A DNA stretch of 62,751 nt, the filler included, from Rhabdomonas costata (Eukaryota), in the NCBI GenBank assembly GCA_019059605.1. It is 47 parts of 47 records of this genome, joined end to end, with 100 filler letters (N's around TTAATTAATTAA, not from the genome) between each part and the next. Parts side by side here need not be neighbours in the genome. Positions count along the whole stretch, not along the records: positions 49,482 to 50,718 come from JAHMHO010022447.1; positions 50,819 to 52,055 come from JAHMHO010022448.1; positions 52,156 to 53,392 come from JAHMHO010022449.1; positions 53,493 to 54,729 come from JAHMHO010022450.1; positions 54,830 to 56,066 come from JAHMHO010022451.1; positions 56,167 to 57,403 come from JAHMHO010022452.1; positions 57,504 to 58,740 come from JAHMHO010022453.1; positions 58,841 to 60,077 come from JAHMHO010022454.1; 39 more parts are not named here. One strand, 5' to 3'. The position numbers and the translations under genes were made by a program. Below the pieces are notes generated by a model that had not been told where the DNA came from, searched no databases, and saw only the letters and a list, made by a program, of their open reading frames with translations. Shown in pieces: positions 49,557 through 62,700 of this stretch (positions within the stretch are counted from its first letter, which is position 1; each line of letters opens with the position of its first letter).

Positions 49557-50214
49557 CAGTGGGGCAGTTGACAACGGACTGGATGCTGACCTTGGTGAAG
49601 TCAGGGCATGCGCCTGTTGACAGCAGCAGGGGGAACGCCAGGTTGCTGAACTCATTCCACGCCAGGCCAGCTGAGAGAAAAGAGGAAGGACATGCAAGGA
49701 GGGGCGTGGAAGCGGATGCGCACAGAGTGTATCTGTTTTGCGGGTTTACTTGCGAGGATGGCTTCCAGGATGGAGCCCGAATCCATCGCCAGCAGCCCAG
49801 AGGTGGCCCCGGAGCCCGCGTTCTGCGACTGTACGTTCTGGAAGGACAGCCAGCTGTTACCCTTCACGCTGATCCCCGCCAGGGTGGTGACGTTGGTGGT
49901 GGTGTTGGTGATCCGGATAGCCGGGTTCGCAATGCACAAACCGCCCAGCTGGATGATCAGGGCCTGGTTGGTGCTGTTGCTGCCGATCACCCAGGGATTG
50001 GACCCCACGGCGGCGTTGCCGCACACAGTGAAAATATTGTTAGCGGTGATGCCCGTCACCGAGGCGTCGAACCGGGAGGAGTCGGGCGTGCTGGGGGGCC
50101 TCTTGGCCTCGAAGGAGAGCACCACGTTGCTGGATGCCTCCGGCTTGGAGGAGTGCCCACTGAGGTCGTACACCACAAACGCAACCACTGCCGCCGTCAG
50201 CAGAACCTCGGCCG
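49557..50214 (-). CDS. Unassigned extracellular Asn/Ser/Thr-rich protein; exons 50214-49750 and 49670-49557
   Basis: Two phase 1-1 exons (465 and 114 nt) with high GC3, several NxS/T sites and paired Cys residues. Confidence 0.65.
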
Positions 50215-50989
50215 CTGCCCGGGCGGGGTTGGAAGGGAAAAAGCGCATTCTGAACGATGTTGCTGAGGAACAAACACTGACGGCAGCGAAGGACAGTTGG
50301 TGTTAAAAAGTGAAAACGACACAGTTAAATTGGTTTAATTCTTTCATAACCTACTTTTTCTTTGCGATGCAAAAACCTGTACTACTCTAGCTCTTGTCTG
50401 CCCGTCTTTGTTAAAAAAGAAAGATGCTCGTGCACCTAACAGCACAAAAGGTCCCTTTTGACTACTATCTAGGATCGTTAGTAAATAGTAACAATGGCAA
50501 ATCCGCTTTTTGAGAGAAACGTAAGCATACCGCCTTGCTGGCCTCTTTGCTTTTCTGAGATACCCAAAAAGACCACGTAAACGCGCAGTAGATTGCAACT
50601 GCAACACAAACAAGCAGGCCTCCACAAAATTTACCGAGAAACCGCCAGGAGCGGTGAGGTTGAGCGGAAGGGGGAGTGGGGTTAGGAGAGCTGCGGCGGA
50701 TGGAAGGAGAGGACCACANNNNNNNNNNNNNNNNNNNNNNNNNNNNNNNNNNNNNNNNNNNNTTAATTAATTAANNNNNNNNNNNNNNNNNNNNNNNNNN
50801 NNNNNNNNNNNNNNNNNNGGGTTTTGAACCAAAAACTATGTCAAGTGACTTTCTAAAGGGGCTAAAGGGCTGCCTCTTAGAAAGGAAGTGAGCGGAACTT
50901 CTTGCTCCCTTTTATCTCAGTAAATTATTTCAATTGCCGCAAACGAAAGTGAGCAGCTGGCACAACCATCAAGGTTGACTCAGCCACAC

Positions 50990-51533
50990 CTTAATCGCAT
51001 TCACGGTGGCTTTGCCTTGGAGCAGGGTCTCCACAATCTTCAGCGGATCAAACCCCTTCGCGGCCAGGGCACTGCGGAGTGGACTGTTCCCCAGGTCATC
51101 CTACAGAACAGCGGTCAGGGCATCATCCATCAGCATATCTATGAACTCCAAAATCCAAAATTTACTCCAACATCTGCGTCAACTGGGGCCGAAAAAATAA
51201 ATCCAATCCATTGGGAGGATGGCGGAGGCAACTTCACAACAAAGTGAGTCCGGACGGCAAGAACACCGCAACTCCAAAGGTGTGCAACGCCTGTGTCTCC
51301 TCTTCGGGCGATTGCGCAAGCATGCGGTCCCGCTGAGACTATTGGCCACAGAGGGGTAGAGCCGTTGATATCTCGTTGGTGTCACACATCAAGCCAAGTA
51401 CTCTCCTTGTCCCCTCCCCTTCTCTTCCTCTGACCAGCTTGTCTGGTTTGGCGCCCGCCTCCAGCAGTTTGCTCACGGCCTTCACGTTACCCGCCCCCGA
51501 AGCAAAATGCATCGCCATCTTTCCAGTCGAGTC
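50990..51533 (-). CDS. Ankyrin-repeat protein; exons 51533-51435 and 51100-50990
   Basis: DSTGKMAMHFASGAGNVKAVSKLLEAGAKPDKL (99 nt) and DDLGNSPLRSALAAKGFDPLKIVETLLQGKATVNAIK (111 nt). One repeat per phase 0-0 exon. Confidence 0.88.
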
Positions 51534-53831
51534 CTGCAGAAGCAAGTAAGAGAGCAAGGGCCAACAGTGCTGCAGAAAGTGCGCCTATGAGAAGAGGGAC
51601 TTCTTTGGGTGGTATGGAGGGGAGGGGAGCGATAAAATCTGAGAGCAATCACTTTGCCCAATCCTTGGACACGCCACGTATCACAAACCGCTGGACTGTG
51701 TTGCTATTTTTGTAGGTCTGCGTCCAATCGCCCAAGACATTGACCCAACAACGGCGTTTCCAAGCAAAGGGAGCAATTGAGAAAGATGACAGTGCAGATT
51801 CCCTAGCACTGGACAAGGCATGGAAGCCAAAGATAGAAAATCTGCTGTTGTCATGTGCAGGTTTCTTTTGACTGACGACGTCCCCTTTTGCTCTCTTGTT
51901 TTCGCTTGCACGCGCGTTTGGAAACTCGAGAGCAACCACCACTCTAAGAAGGACAGGAGAGGGGCACCAGAGGAGGACTGTAGCAAAGCGCAACTGTTCC
52001 CACATTTTGCGACCGCAAAGTCACTTGCTCCAATGAGCCCAAATGTCACTATATCNNNNNNNNNNNNNNNNNNNNNNNNNNNNNNNNNNNNNNNNNNNNT
52101 TAATTAATTAANNNNNNNNNNNNNNNNNNNNNNNNNNNNNNNNNNNNNNNNNNNNTGTGTGGGGGAAGAGATGTATTCAGCGTTGCTTCATATATTTTTG
52201 CTCGGAAGGAGGCAAGGTAAGATGAGGGTTCCAGTGATGTCATATGCCGGAGTTGGGTGCAGGTTCTCGTGCTCGTGCCCGTGCATTCGGAAAGGGAGTT
52301 TGAAGGTTGCTCAGCGACTGCATTTGACGGTTTGCTTTGGCGCCACTTCCATGAGTAAGGTACTGTGTTGGATGCACTCCTTGCGCAAACCTAAGAGATG
52401 GCTGCAGAGTTCCTGGCACCTTCCTAAAGAGCACTTGCAATGCACAAAATGAAGCAGATCGACAGGACGAAGCTGAGGGTGCTTGGCGAGTGGCTTCTTC
52501 TTGAGGAACTTCTGGAGTGTAGCTTGGTGTACGTTTTTGCGTCTGCTGCAATTCGATCGATCATTGATCTGTCACCTTGGAGGGCACGATGAACCATGCT
52601 CTTTCTGTGGAAATGCAGCTTACTGCTGTGGCCAGCGCACGGGGGACACTTTTATGGGCCGAAGACTGGGTGAGTTCCTGATCATTGCTGGTTACAATGC
52701 TCGTCAGATTATAGCCACTTGAAGTCTGTGGGCTTCAGGCGGCCAAAAGCCAGTCTGGCCCCGTTCGGAGAGGGTTTTTGCAAATACGTGGGTGCTGTCG
52801 GAACCCTGCTGCGTGGGGCAATAGCGGCACAAAAAGGATATGAAACCACCACCGGCCGAGTTGTTTCACTGATGATGTTTCTTTTTGCGGTATACCTGGG
52901 TAGCGTTATTGGGCCCCTACCTAGTAGACTTGAGGCCTTTGCTAGAGGTAAAGTGAAAAAAGAAAGACTGGAACCACAACTACCGCAGTACAAAAAGGAT
53001 GAAAAGTCAAAAAAAAATCATGCAGTGTTTCGGGAGGCCTTCTGAATATACAAAAGATCCCTAGCTGCTTCGGCTCAGCCCTCCTCAGTCCCTCCCTCCC
53101 GCCGCTTGAAGCTTCGTCTATGGCTCGCTGGAGACCTGGTTTTGGGGATCACCTGTCCGAAAACATCAATTTCTATTGCCACCATTCAAGTCAAGCATAT
53201 CGTTCGCGGTGATATTGGCTCTGAGCTCTTAGCAAGCCGTCCTTCCTCACCTGTGTGTGAGACTGATCTTGAGAATTTCCCCCTTCACCTCTCTTGTTAT
53301 CCCCCGCAGTCCATCGACTTCGCGGAGATCGAAGCCAATGTCCCGCTGAAGCACACCATCGACTTCGGGTTCGGCACCCTGACCACCCCACANNNNNNNN
53401 NNNNNNNNNNNNNNNNNNNNNNNNNNNNNNNNNNNNTTAATTAATTAANNNNNNNNNNNNNNNNNNNNNNNNNNNNNNNNNNNNNNNNNNNNGGGGGGGC
53501 ACGATGAAGGGGCCTTGGACTACGAGTCCCTCGAGAGCGTCATTAACTGCGTGGTGTCTGATGGCGTGGCGTCCGCCTGCATTTGTCTGTTGATGTCCTG
53601 TGCTTTGGATCCGTCTGTCAATCCTCCCCTTTCACAGCAGAGCACAGTAGAGCAGAGAAGGTGGACCCTAAACCGTGCGGGGCATCCTTGGTTGGCGGAG
53701 TGGTCGGATCGGCATCGCTTTTGTCTGTTTTGATAATTGAGGAAGGTTTTGCACTGACTGCCACCGCGCCACATAAATTGCGTCTGCCATGCTGCTGTCT
53801 GCGGCCTAGGATGTGCTGCTTTTTGTTTCAG

Positions 53832-54400
53832 GTCGAACTTCCGGAGACTGGTCGCTCGACGGTTAAGCCCATTCGGGACTGGGAGGACCTCTACCTGGGG
53901 CAGAGTGTACCTGGACTGCTGGAGGTCCTGCTGCAGGAGGGTTGCAGGCGGCCCTTCCCCGTTCAACAATGGGTTCTCCCTGCAATTTTGACGACTGCGT
54001 CGGACTGCGTCTTCATCGCCCAAACAGGTGGGGTTGGGGACTGTTTGGGAATTAGCTTGTGCCGAGAACGCACAAGGGGAAAATGAACCAAGCCGACCCA
54101 ACGCCTACAGCTATAGGACCACCTCACGCCAGCCCACGGGTCCAGGGCAGCACCGAGTGCGGAGAAAATCTAAATCGCCAACCTGAGGCAACCATAAAAA
54201 AAGACAATGGATTTCGGTGCAACGCCACCTTCTGGTTTCGATCAAGGGTAGCTGATCTTCGCTGAGCCCGGCAGTGCGATAGGAATTGCGAAGATTTGCG
54301 GTTTCATGGTAGGGTTTTCTTCTGTTTATCACCTCTTTAGGCTCTGGCAAGACCACCGCCTTCGTGATCTCCAGTATTGTGGCAATTCACGATTCCCGAG
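53832..54400 (+). CDS. DEAD-box RNA helicase, Q motif and motif I; exons 53832-54027 and 54341-54400
   Basis: KPIRDWEDLYL...LLEVLLQEGCRRPFPVQQWVLPAIL..DCVFIAQTG|SGKTTAFVIS. The phase-1 splice recreates AQTGSGKT. Confidence 0.92.
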
Positions 54401-54605
54401 GTTCCTGTGCTGTCACACTACTAATCGTTCCCGAGCGTCCGCTGAGAAACTGGTGCCTGTCATGTCATGTGAGGTGGTGGCTTTTGCCATGGTGACGGGA
54501 AATTCAGCCATTATTATAACGGGGACACTCAATCCTCCTGTTGTCCATGGTGCACGGGGCCAAACAATGGCTTTCTTATAGGAGGTTGGACCTGCCTGTG
54601 CGGTC

Positions 54606-54724
54606 GTGTTATGCTGACGTGCAGATATGCCAACTTAGGGGAACCTTTCTGATCGTATGAAATCTTGTTTTGGTCGATCAGAAAGGTTCCCCTAAGTTGG
54701 CATATCTGCACGTCAGCATAACAC
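54606..54724. repeat. Perfect 50-bp inverted repeat with a 19-nt loop
   Basis: 54606-54655 is the exact reverse complement of 54675-54724. Confidence 0.95.
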
Positions 54725-54829
54725 ACCACNNNNNNNNNNNNNNNNNNNNNNNNNNNNNNNNNNNNNNNNNNNNTTAATTAATTAANNNNNNNNNNNNNNN
54801 NNNNNNNNNNNNNNNNNNNNNNNNNNNNN

Positions 54830-55066
54830 GGGTGGTGGTGAGGTCCCACATCAGGGCTCGCCGCGGACGCCACCAGCGGGGCCCTGATGTGGGACCTCAG
54901 CACCGCGAGGACGGGGTTCCGGTTCGGGAGCTTCCCGGCGACAGCGGTGGGCTGCAACGAGACGGCTGAGAGCTGCTGGGCAGAAGCCGTATGGAAGGAG
55001 CCGGATTGGCTGAAGCGCGTAGGGGAGATGAGCGTGGCCAACGAGTCGTACAATGCCACGGCTCGG
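54830..55066 (+). CDS. Probable exon of an unassigned extracellular protein
   Basis: GC3-rich frame ...GALMWDLSTARTGFRFGSFP..GCNETAESCWAEAVW..ANESYNATAR|gtac with three NxS/T sites. Confidence 0.45.
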
Positions 55067-56177
55067 GTACTTCTGCTTTCGGTGGAGGGTGAAAGGTCAG
55101 GGTTTTTCGGAAACCGGCGGCCAGAGGAGCCATCGTTGTTTCCAAGGATCCACTCTATGTGATACCACCCCAGCCCCCTTGAACCGAAGACTCTTTCGCT
55201 TTTTCGGGTATCTGCCGGACGAAGTGCAGCGGGACGCAATGACAAACACTTTTTGTTTGCCGCAAGGATGACGATGAATCCCTTAAAATACCTACAAGGC
55301 ACAACTGCGACGGGTCACTAAGCAGTTGGAAGGAAATTTGGCTCCGTATTAGTTGTTAAGCAAGCAGACGTGCAGCCCTCTCTGCCCTGCAGTGATACAC
55401 AGAGACACGCACAAGTGCTTTTGGCGCATGGGGGTGTCAGCTGAAGGTAGCAGAGCTATTGTTCTTTTCTGGGTCTACTCTGAGTGTTTGCGTAACAGCA
55501 TATACTTCCTCCCGCGACCTTAAAACTGCGCTCTTTCAGGATCTCATTTTTAATAAGACGACGTATTGGGTCAAACATCAAAGTTCGGCGAGAAACCAAC
55601 GTACACAGATTGGGGGTTTCCATGGTGGCGAAGAATCGCCAAAAGTCACAAGGCACAACTTCAACAGGTTGACAGGAAATTGAAAGGAAATTCGAGCTAT
55701 TCTTCGAGAAGTGTGCAACTAAGGCCGCGAAGATCCCACTATATATCTGGGATCTACTAAGGGTACTTTTTATATATCTGGGCCCGAAGTGGAACATGCT
55801 CTTCGAGCATCACACCTCCGCTGGCGATCCTGCCAATTTCTGGCCCGAGCCGTTCTCTGTGTCGAAGATCAAGGCCTCGTCAAGTCCTTTCCCCTCGATT
55901 CGGATGGCGGGCCCTCCCTTCTGATGTCTGTGGTGCAAGCACCCAGACTTCCAGCGCCTCCGACTGTCTGTGTGTGCGTGCTTGTGTGCATCCATGCGCG
56001 TTCGATAAGAAGTGCTGAGAGGGCTGCATATCCTCCTCGCTTACATAGCTGAACCAAAACCCCCACNNNNNNNNNNNNNNNNNNNNNNNNNNNNNNNNNN
56101 NNNNNNNNNNTTAATTAATTAANNNNNNNNNNNNNNNNNNNNNNNNNNNNNNNNNNNNNNNNNNNNTTTGTTGTGTG

Positions 56178-56828
56178 CACGAGAAAACCCGCGAGGAGAT
56201 AACCGCCACACAGGAGGACCTGGACCAGACCAAGCAGCAGGCACTTCCTCTCATTGCGCACGTGCTGCGCGCGCACACACAAAGAGACACGCCACACAGG
56301 ATACACGGACCTTCCCCTGTGTGTGTGGGGGGGGGGCGGTCGGCATTCCGGGTCTAGTCGTGCACAGCAAACACTTCTGAGGCCCAAAAACAATTGAGTG
56401 TTGGTACCTCACCCACTTCGTTTTATCTCGCACTGTCTCACTCCACGTATGGCGTCGCAGGTGTTGTCGACAGTGGTTTTTTGGGGGGGGGGCTCAGGTT
56501 GAGGACCTGGGCAAGTATTTCGGCGAGAACCCAGCCACCTTCAATGCGCAGGTTGAATTTGAGTGAGTGAGAGGGGGGATGGGGCATCACCCGAACTCGC
56601 GTGCTTGCGGGCGCTCCTTTGGCTGTGCCTGGCAGCTCTCTGCGCACTTTGGTATGGTCGAACTCTCTCAGGGAAGCCGCACACAATCTGAACCCTGCGC
56701 AGGACGCTGGACACGGAATCCCTCTCTTTCCCGCACCTTTCCTCGTTTTCCCGTCACCATCCTGTGTGCAGGAGTTTTTCGGTCAACTGGCTGCTTTCTG
56801 CACGGACTTCGAGACGGCCGCCCGCAGG
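56178..56828 (+). CDS. Possible formin FH2 C-terminal exons
   Basis: EKTREEITATQEDLDQTKQQ ... LSAHFG ... EFFGQLAAFCTDFETAARR resembles the FH2 segment L..YFGE...EEFF.....F...F..A. Confidence 0.5.
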
Positions 56829-58045
56829 CGCCCCCAGAGGCGCACTTCTCAGGTCTCCTCCACGCCTTGGGATGCGAGCCTGTTTCCACGCCTTTCGGGC
56901 AATATTTGTGCATACGTCTGTGCAACTTATGTTCAGCTCAGAGAGGTTCCTCCTACTTAGAATGGAGCGTGCGGCTGTGATGCGCTGCCAAGGCATGCTC
57001 TGGGTCAACCTTTGTGGTGTTCTGCGAGCACCGGAAAGTCAAAATACAGCAAATACAGCAATGGTGAAGAGATGATGGCCCGTCACGGTTGTCTGCTTAT
57101 CACAAACACGCACGTATGTGCCCAAAACCGAAAGGCAAAAGGCGGACCAACACCCTCCAAGAAAAAAATTAATACATCTGTGTCCCGAGGGAAATGTGAA
57201 GTAGAGCATAGTTGCAGGCGATCAGTACGAAACCTCCCGGAGCCCAGATGACAGAAGAGGACGGAAGCCAATGCGGAGAGCAGTGTGAGCAAGGGCAGGC
57301 GCACTGGGCAGTCAGCCACTTCAGCCCACACAGAGGACAAAGGAGGGCATTCGCCCTGCATCCACCATCTCACGCCGTCTCCAAAGGACCGGCCCACCAC
57401 CCCNNNNNNNNNNNNNNNNNNNNNNNNNNNNNNNNNNNNNNNNNNNNTTAATTAATTAANNNNNNNNNNNNNNNNNNNNNNNNNNNNNNNNNNNNNNNNN
57501 NNNGCAAAGAAGAGAAAAACACAGCGTCTGAGTGCATCCTAAAAAACATTGCTTTCCAGCTGCCAATAAATGGGAGCACGACAGTTGGGGCTTCCGCTGC
57601 ACGGGAGGAAGGAAAGCTGGTCGGTTGCCGGCTGTACACACCCTATCTCAGCACTGCTACCACACTTACACCCCACGATTTTCTTTTTGCAGCGCTTGAA
57701 GCTACACTATTTTCAAACTCCGCGTAGGCGGTTCACGTCAGAACGGCCATAACGGAAATTTTTGCACGACCCCCCTGAACAACCCAGGGAACGCTAATTC
57801 CTCCCCATCATTCTTCCTCCAACGCTTGAAAATATTACGTAAAGGCACCACCACAGCCTCAATATGCTGCCCCGAAATGTAATGCACCTCTATTTGTTTT
57901 GTGCACGAAAATGCGTTCCACCATATGTCGCCACATCTCAGGGGCCCAAACGCTGTGCGGGGTGACGGGTTCCCTTCTGACCAACCGCGCCACCCCCCCA
58001 CCTCCCCCAGAGCCCTCTCGCCTTCGCCAGCACACACACACGTGC

Positions 58046-58153
58046 CTTCATCGCATTCACCGCGGCCCCGGCTTTGAAGAGGACCTGGATGAGCCCCACT
58101 GGGGTCTCCTTCCTGCCCGAGGCGATGCCCAGAGCAGTGCGGAACTCTCTGTC
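58046..58153 (-). CDS. Ankyrin-repeat exon with a GC donor
   Basis: gcag|DREFRTALGIASGRKETPVGLIQVLFKAGAAVNAMK|gcacgt, 108 nt, paralogous to the exon at 51100-50990. Confidence 0.78.
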
Positions 58154-59035
58154 CTGCAAAGAAAATATACCGCAAAGAGACAGAGAAAAGGGCCAAAGGG
58201 AGATCGCAGGTAGGCATGGAGAAGGGATAGAGTATGGTGCAGTGAAAAAACGAGAAAGGAAAGCACCCCCCACACACACAAAGAAAAAGTCGGTGGTTGT
58301 TTTCCAAATGCATATGCCCTTCCGTTTGCTTTGCAACCGGAAAATCCCATCAATGACTGAAGATGGTCGCTCTACCCGACGCCGCCGTGCACATCAACTG
58401 CGCATCCGTCACAAAGGTTGACGGGCAGCACCAGCGGAGGGCCTCTACCCCCTCCCACTGCCCGTCCCTCCGCTAATTATCCTCCAAACGAATGAGGGGA
58501 TGCGTCGGTTCAGCGCCTTTTTCCTCAATTGTTTGGTCCGGCGGATTGTTCGAAAAACAAGGAGCCCAAAACTTCAATTGAGAAATCACCGATTTAAATG
58601 CCTACCGCACTATCCAAGATTCCTCCACGATCCCGGATTTATGGAAGTGGAAATTCCGATGCGGTCCTGAGAATTCTGAAACTGAAGCCTTTCACCGGTT
58701 CTGCCGAACGGCTGCATCCTATTATGGCAACCAAAAAACANNNNNNNNNNNNNNNNNNNNNNNNNNNNNNNNNNNNNNNNNNNNTTAATTAATTAANNNN
58801 NNNNNNNNNNNNNNNNNNNNNNNNNNNNNNNNNNNNNNNNTGTGGTGTTGCAATGGCAGCTCCCCTCCATTGTTCACGCTGAAGGTGAGCAGTGTTGCCG
58901 TCATTTCAGGCCTTTGTGGTCCTGTCTCTGTCTTTCGTCCTTCATTTCCAATGAGCTCCCATGTTTGGGGACAAAACAGTTTTTTCGCGCACCGGGGTAC
59001 AGAGCTGGGTCCTCTTCGTCACTTATGATCATTAG

Positions 59036-59710
59036 GTTCAGTCCTTTTAACTCCACGGACCCCACTATCCACGCCGCTTCAATGTGGCTGGCTTTGACTT
59101 TTCTCTCGTGGGATGCGATTCCCAACTTAAATACCGTGCAGCTCTTCAATGGGGTCAATTACTGGCTGAACACCGCGGTGATAGCCTCCAAGGTGTGCCC
59201 TGGTGCCTTGGTGTGGGACAAAGAAGGACTCAAAACCCCACCCCGGAAGTAAGGCACATTGGCATGAGCTTTTTTGTTTTAAATTGGTTGGCCAAAATGA
59301 CAATCGTCCAATGGAAGAGGACAGTGTTGTAATTTGTGTCGTGTGGGCAAGGGGAGGGGGAGGGGAAGGTTGATTTCGCCAGGGGGTTCGCAGAGCCCTG
59401 CTAGCCGTGTCGCGTCAGAGACTGTATCTCGGACCCCTCGACACGTGCGAACGACGGTAGGTTGCACCCCAACGCTTGGCTTTCCCAGATGGGGTTGAAG
59501 GTGAACCTGGTTCTGCTTGTTGATCGGGATTCCACCATGGGCCCCATTGATGCCGACATGGCCTCCACTATGGACAGCGTTGCTCATGCCAACGTCATCA
59601 TGACGATTGTGCTAGTGTTTGTGGTGGTGGCTGCAGTGGCGTTTGCCCTCCTGATTAGCTGGCTGCTCACGGTGCCACTGTCTCGGCTTGCGCTTGGGAT
59701 GGACATGCTG
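59036..59710 (+). CDS. Receptor-type sensor (Cache-like domain, TM, start of HAMP), probably an adenylate/guanylate cyclase; exons 59036-59192 and 59489-59710
   Basis: NGVNYWLNTAVIASK|MGLKVNLVLLVDRDSTMGPID...IMTIVLVFVVVAAVAFALLISWLLTVPLSRLALGMDML: a TM helix followed by the P L.RL...M start of a HAMP domain. Confidence 0.7.
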
Positions 59711-62700
59711 GTGTGCGTTGCAGCTAAACATGGTGGCAATTTTTCGAACGGCGGAAGGGATCAGTTGCGTCAGAGGTGGAAGCCGAAGGAGGCGCGGAGT
59801 CTTTTGCATTTACAGTGGCATCAAACGAAACCACATGGGGGACCCGAGATAGGACCTTGCCTTTATCGCAACTCCCCCACATCTGAATTCTCCCTCCCTC
59901 TCTCGCTCTCTCTCCCCCTGTCTCTCTGAGTTGCAAGTGCGGAGGGGGGCGAAGTCTACAATGTCTTTTTCTAACTGCAACCACCGAAAAATGGGTCGTG
60001 ATCTCCACACGTAACCGTGGATGGTGGCTCATCACGCATATCATTAACCCTTCCTCCTCTCCACCCAACCCACCACANNNNNNNNNNNNNNNNNNNNNNN
60101 NNNNNNNNNNNNNNNNNNNNNTTAATTAATTAANNNNNNNNNNNNNNNNNNNNNNNNNNNNNNNNNNNNNNNNNNNNGTGAAATGCTTGGTCTGCAAGCC
60201 TCCTCAAAAGAACCACTGCGCTGAGCACGTTTTTCAGCAGGCAAAAGACTTCTGCTGAAGATAAGCAGAATTCAGACCGTAGACCTAAGAAAGACTGGGG
60301 ACAAGAACGCAAAAGGGCCAAGAAAATCGCAGCTGAAAGCCCTCGCACACCCCAGGAGCGGAAGTCGAGTCTCCAGCGCCAGCACCAGTCTGCGGGCGTG
60401 CCCCCTAAAGGTATTCCGAGAGACCACAGCCCCCTCCCATCTCCCCCTATCCCAAGCATTTGCAGTTATCAGAAGGGCCCATCAGGTGAGATCATCAAAA
60501 CATCGTCCGTGGCTTCAAAGAACTTCGATGTGTCCAAGACAACCGTTCACTACCGCAAGCACAGTCAGCTAACGAGGGGATGACCGACATGACTGCAAGC
60601 TATCAATGGTTCCAAGCGCCCAACTGAAGTGTAAAATCTCGACGCTCTCAAAATGACTTGTGCAGGGGAGTCACGTGTAGTTTGCCAGTGCACTGGGATC
60701 TTCACTTCTGATCAGGGGATATGGGTGAGGCCAGCACTGCTGCAAAATTTTGCAGGGCAGGATGCATCAGACGTGCATTCTGTACAGCTTAACAATAAAT
60801 AGATGTCAGAGGGGTGATGCAAAGGGTACTGCCCGCTCGTGTCCCAAACTCAGCAGACAACAGCACCTCGAAAGCAGGCTGCGTATGATGCTGGCTGGGT
60901 CGGATCGGGGGGTTTTGCGGCTTGATCAAACGAGACCTGTGAGCACGCCATCAGCACCCAGCTTACAGCCTAGCAGCCCAGAAGGAAGGGTCAGTACTCT
61001 GAATGCGGTAGCGCTAAAACCTTGCACCCTTCCTGAAACTAAACCCAAAAAACAATAGAGAGGGTGGAGATAAACGGCAAAAACGGTATATGGCAATGGC
61101 CAGAACAATGGCAAGAGGGAGACAGAGACAGGTACATGGTGCTGGGAGCGGCGGTACACATTGAGAATATAAGAAGACGACGCACCGCAGCTGAGCAAGC
61201 TTTTGGTCTCGGTAGGGATCACTCAGCGACGCGAGCACCGTCTGAAACGAGTGCAATTAGTCATTGGCATTGGCCGAAAAAATATGCTGCTCCCTCTTCT
61301 CCATTCTCTCTCTGACCGTCCATCGCAGGCTTTCTCATTGGAAAGCTCTAAAAAATAACTGCGACCTAATCCTAAAAATGGGGGTACCTTTTGAACGGTC
61401 AGAAACCAAAAAAANNNNNNNNNNNNNNNNNNNNNNNNNNNNNNNNNNNNNNNNNNNNTTAATTAATTAANNNNNNNNNNNNNNNNNNNNNNNNNNNNNN
61501 NNNNNNNNNNNNNNGTTGTTTTGTATTCCAGCCTAATGCGACTCAATGCTTCTCGTCAAGACGTCAAGGCGGTGCAGTCGGACAGCGCGATAAGCTTTTC
61601 AGCTATGAAGTAGAAAAGGGAGAAGGAGGAAAAGCCGTATATGTTATCCTTCTCCGCGACTCTTCTGCTCGCTCATTTTAGGCTCTCACTTGATTCATGG
61701 TTGATGTTTGATGGTTTTGCAGGTCAGATCGGAACTTAGCAACCTGTGTGGTCCGCAAATTCCAATTTGTAACGGCAAATTTCCAGTTTGAATTGGAAAT
61801 GCAGTAAAATCAGTTTTATGTGCTAAGACAGTTTGATGGTTAGTGCAATGCTGTAACATCCAGAAAATGATGGTTCGTGCATCTGCCATAACATTAGTGT
61901 GCGGCTGACGTCCACTTCCATCCTGATTCCCCCCTTTGATAGCTGTTATTGTGCTTTTTCTTGTTCCCTTTTTGGCCGTTGCGCTTTGGCGCTTTTTTCC
62001 CAAATGATACGCTCCGAAGAAATCATGTATTCCTCTGCTGATAGGTGTGATTGAACCACCTCAGAAACCATTCATTGCCACCTGTTGGATGAATCTTCAT
62101 GTCTATTTAACTTCACACCATTGGTTTCTTTTCTCGTCCCGATTTAAAGAGTTTTTGGGTATGGTCTGAAAGGGGCCTGCCTTCCCCGCACTGACAGTGA
62201 CGTGTGTAGCCAAACCTGTGTGTTCTCCAGTATGGAAGAGATTGCGCTTGTTGCAATGCTTTTGGGACCTCTTCCCGGATTTCCTTCCCTTTCTTGCTGT
62301 ACTTAGTGTGCTTCGGCTGGCCCGGTTGCGGGCGCTGCTTACTGCCTCGCAGTGCGACGCCATCCTGCTCATCGCAGGTCTCCGTGCATGATTCGCTTTC
62401 GCTGTTGTTCCACCGGAGCGCATGGTCTCGTGACCCGGATAGCCTCTATGTTTACCTTTTGATCCGAGGTTGCTTTCGAGTTTCCGCTGGAGCAGACAAG
62501 GGGCGTCAGTGAAGAACAAGAAAGCATTGGGGGGTGGGGGACTTCGTTTGTAAAGAGAATGTCTGGCGATATCGATCGAAATGCTGTTTCCCGCGAATGT
62601 CCAGCCTGTCTTGCTTAATCTGTGGATACACGCATGCAAGGAATGGCTCTGAAAGGGGGATAGTTTTTGTTTTTCCTTCTGTGGTCTTGCAGGCGTCGAC

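Noticed and set aside
1239-61514. Regularly spaced TTAATTAATTAA motif as a CRISPR-like or biological repeat
   Set aside because: It is always flanked by 44 Ns on each side and is a synthetic six-frame-stop linker. ORFs ending in XXX-LIN are artefacts of it.
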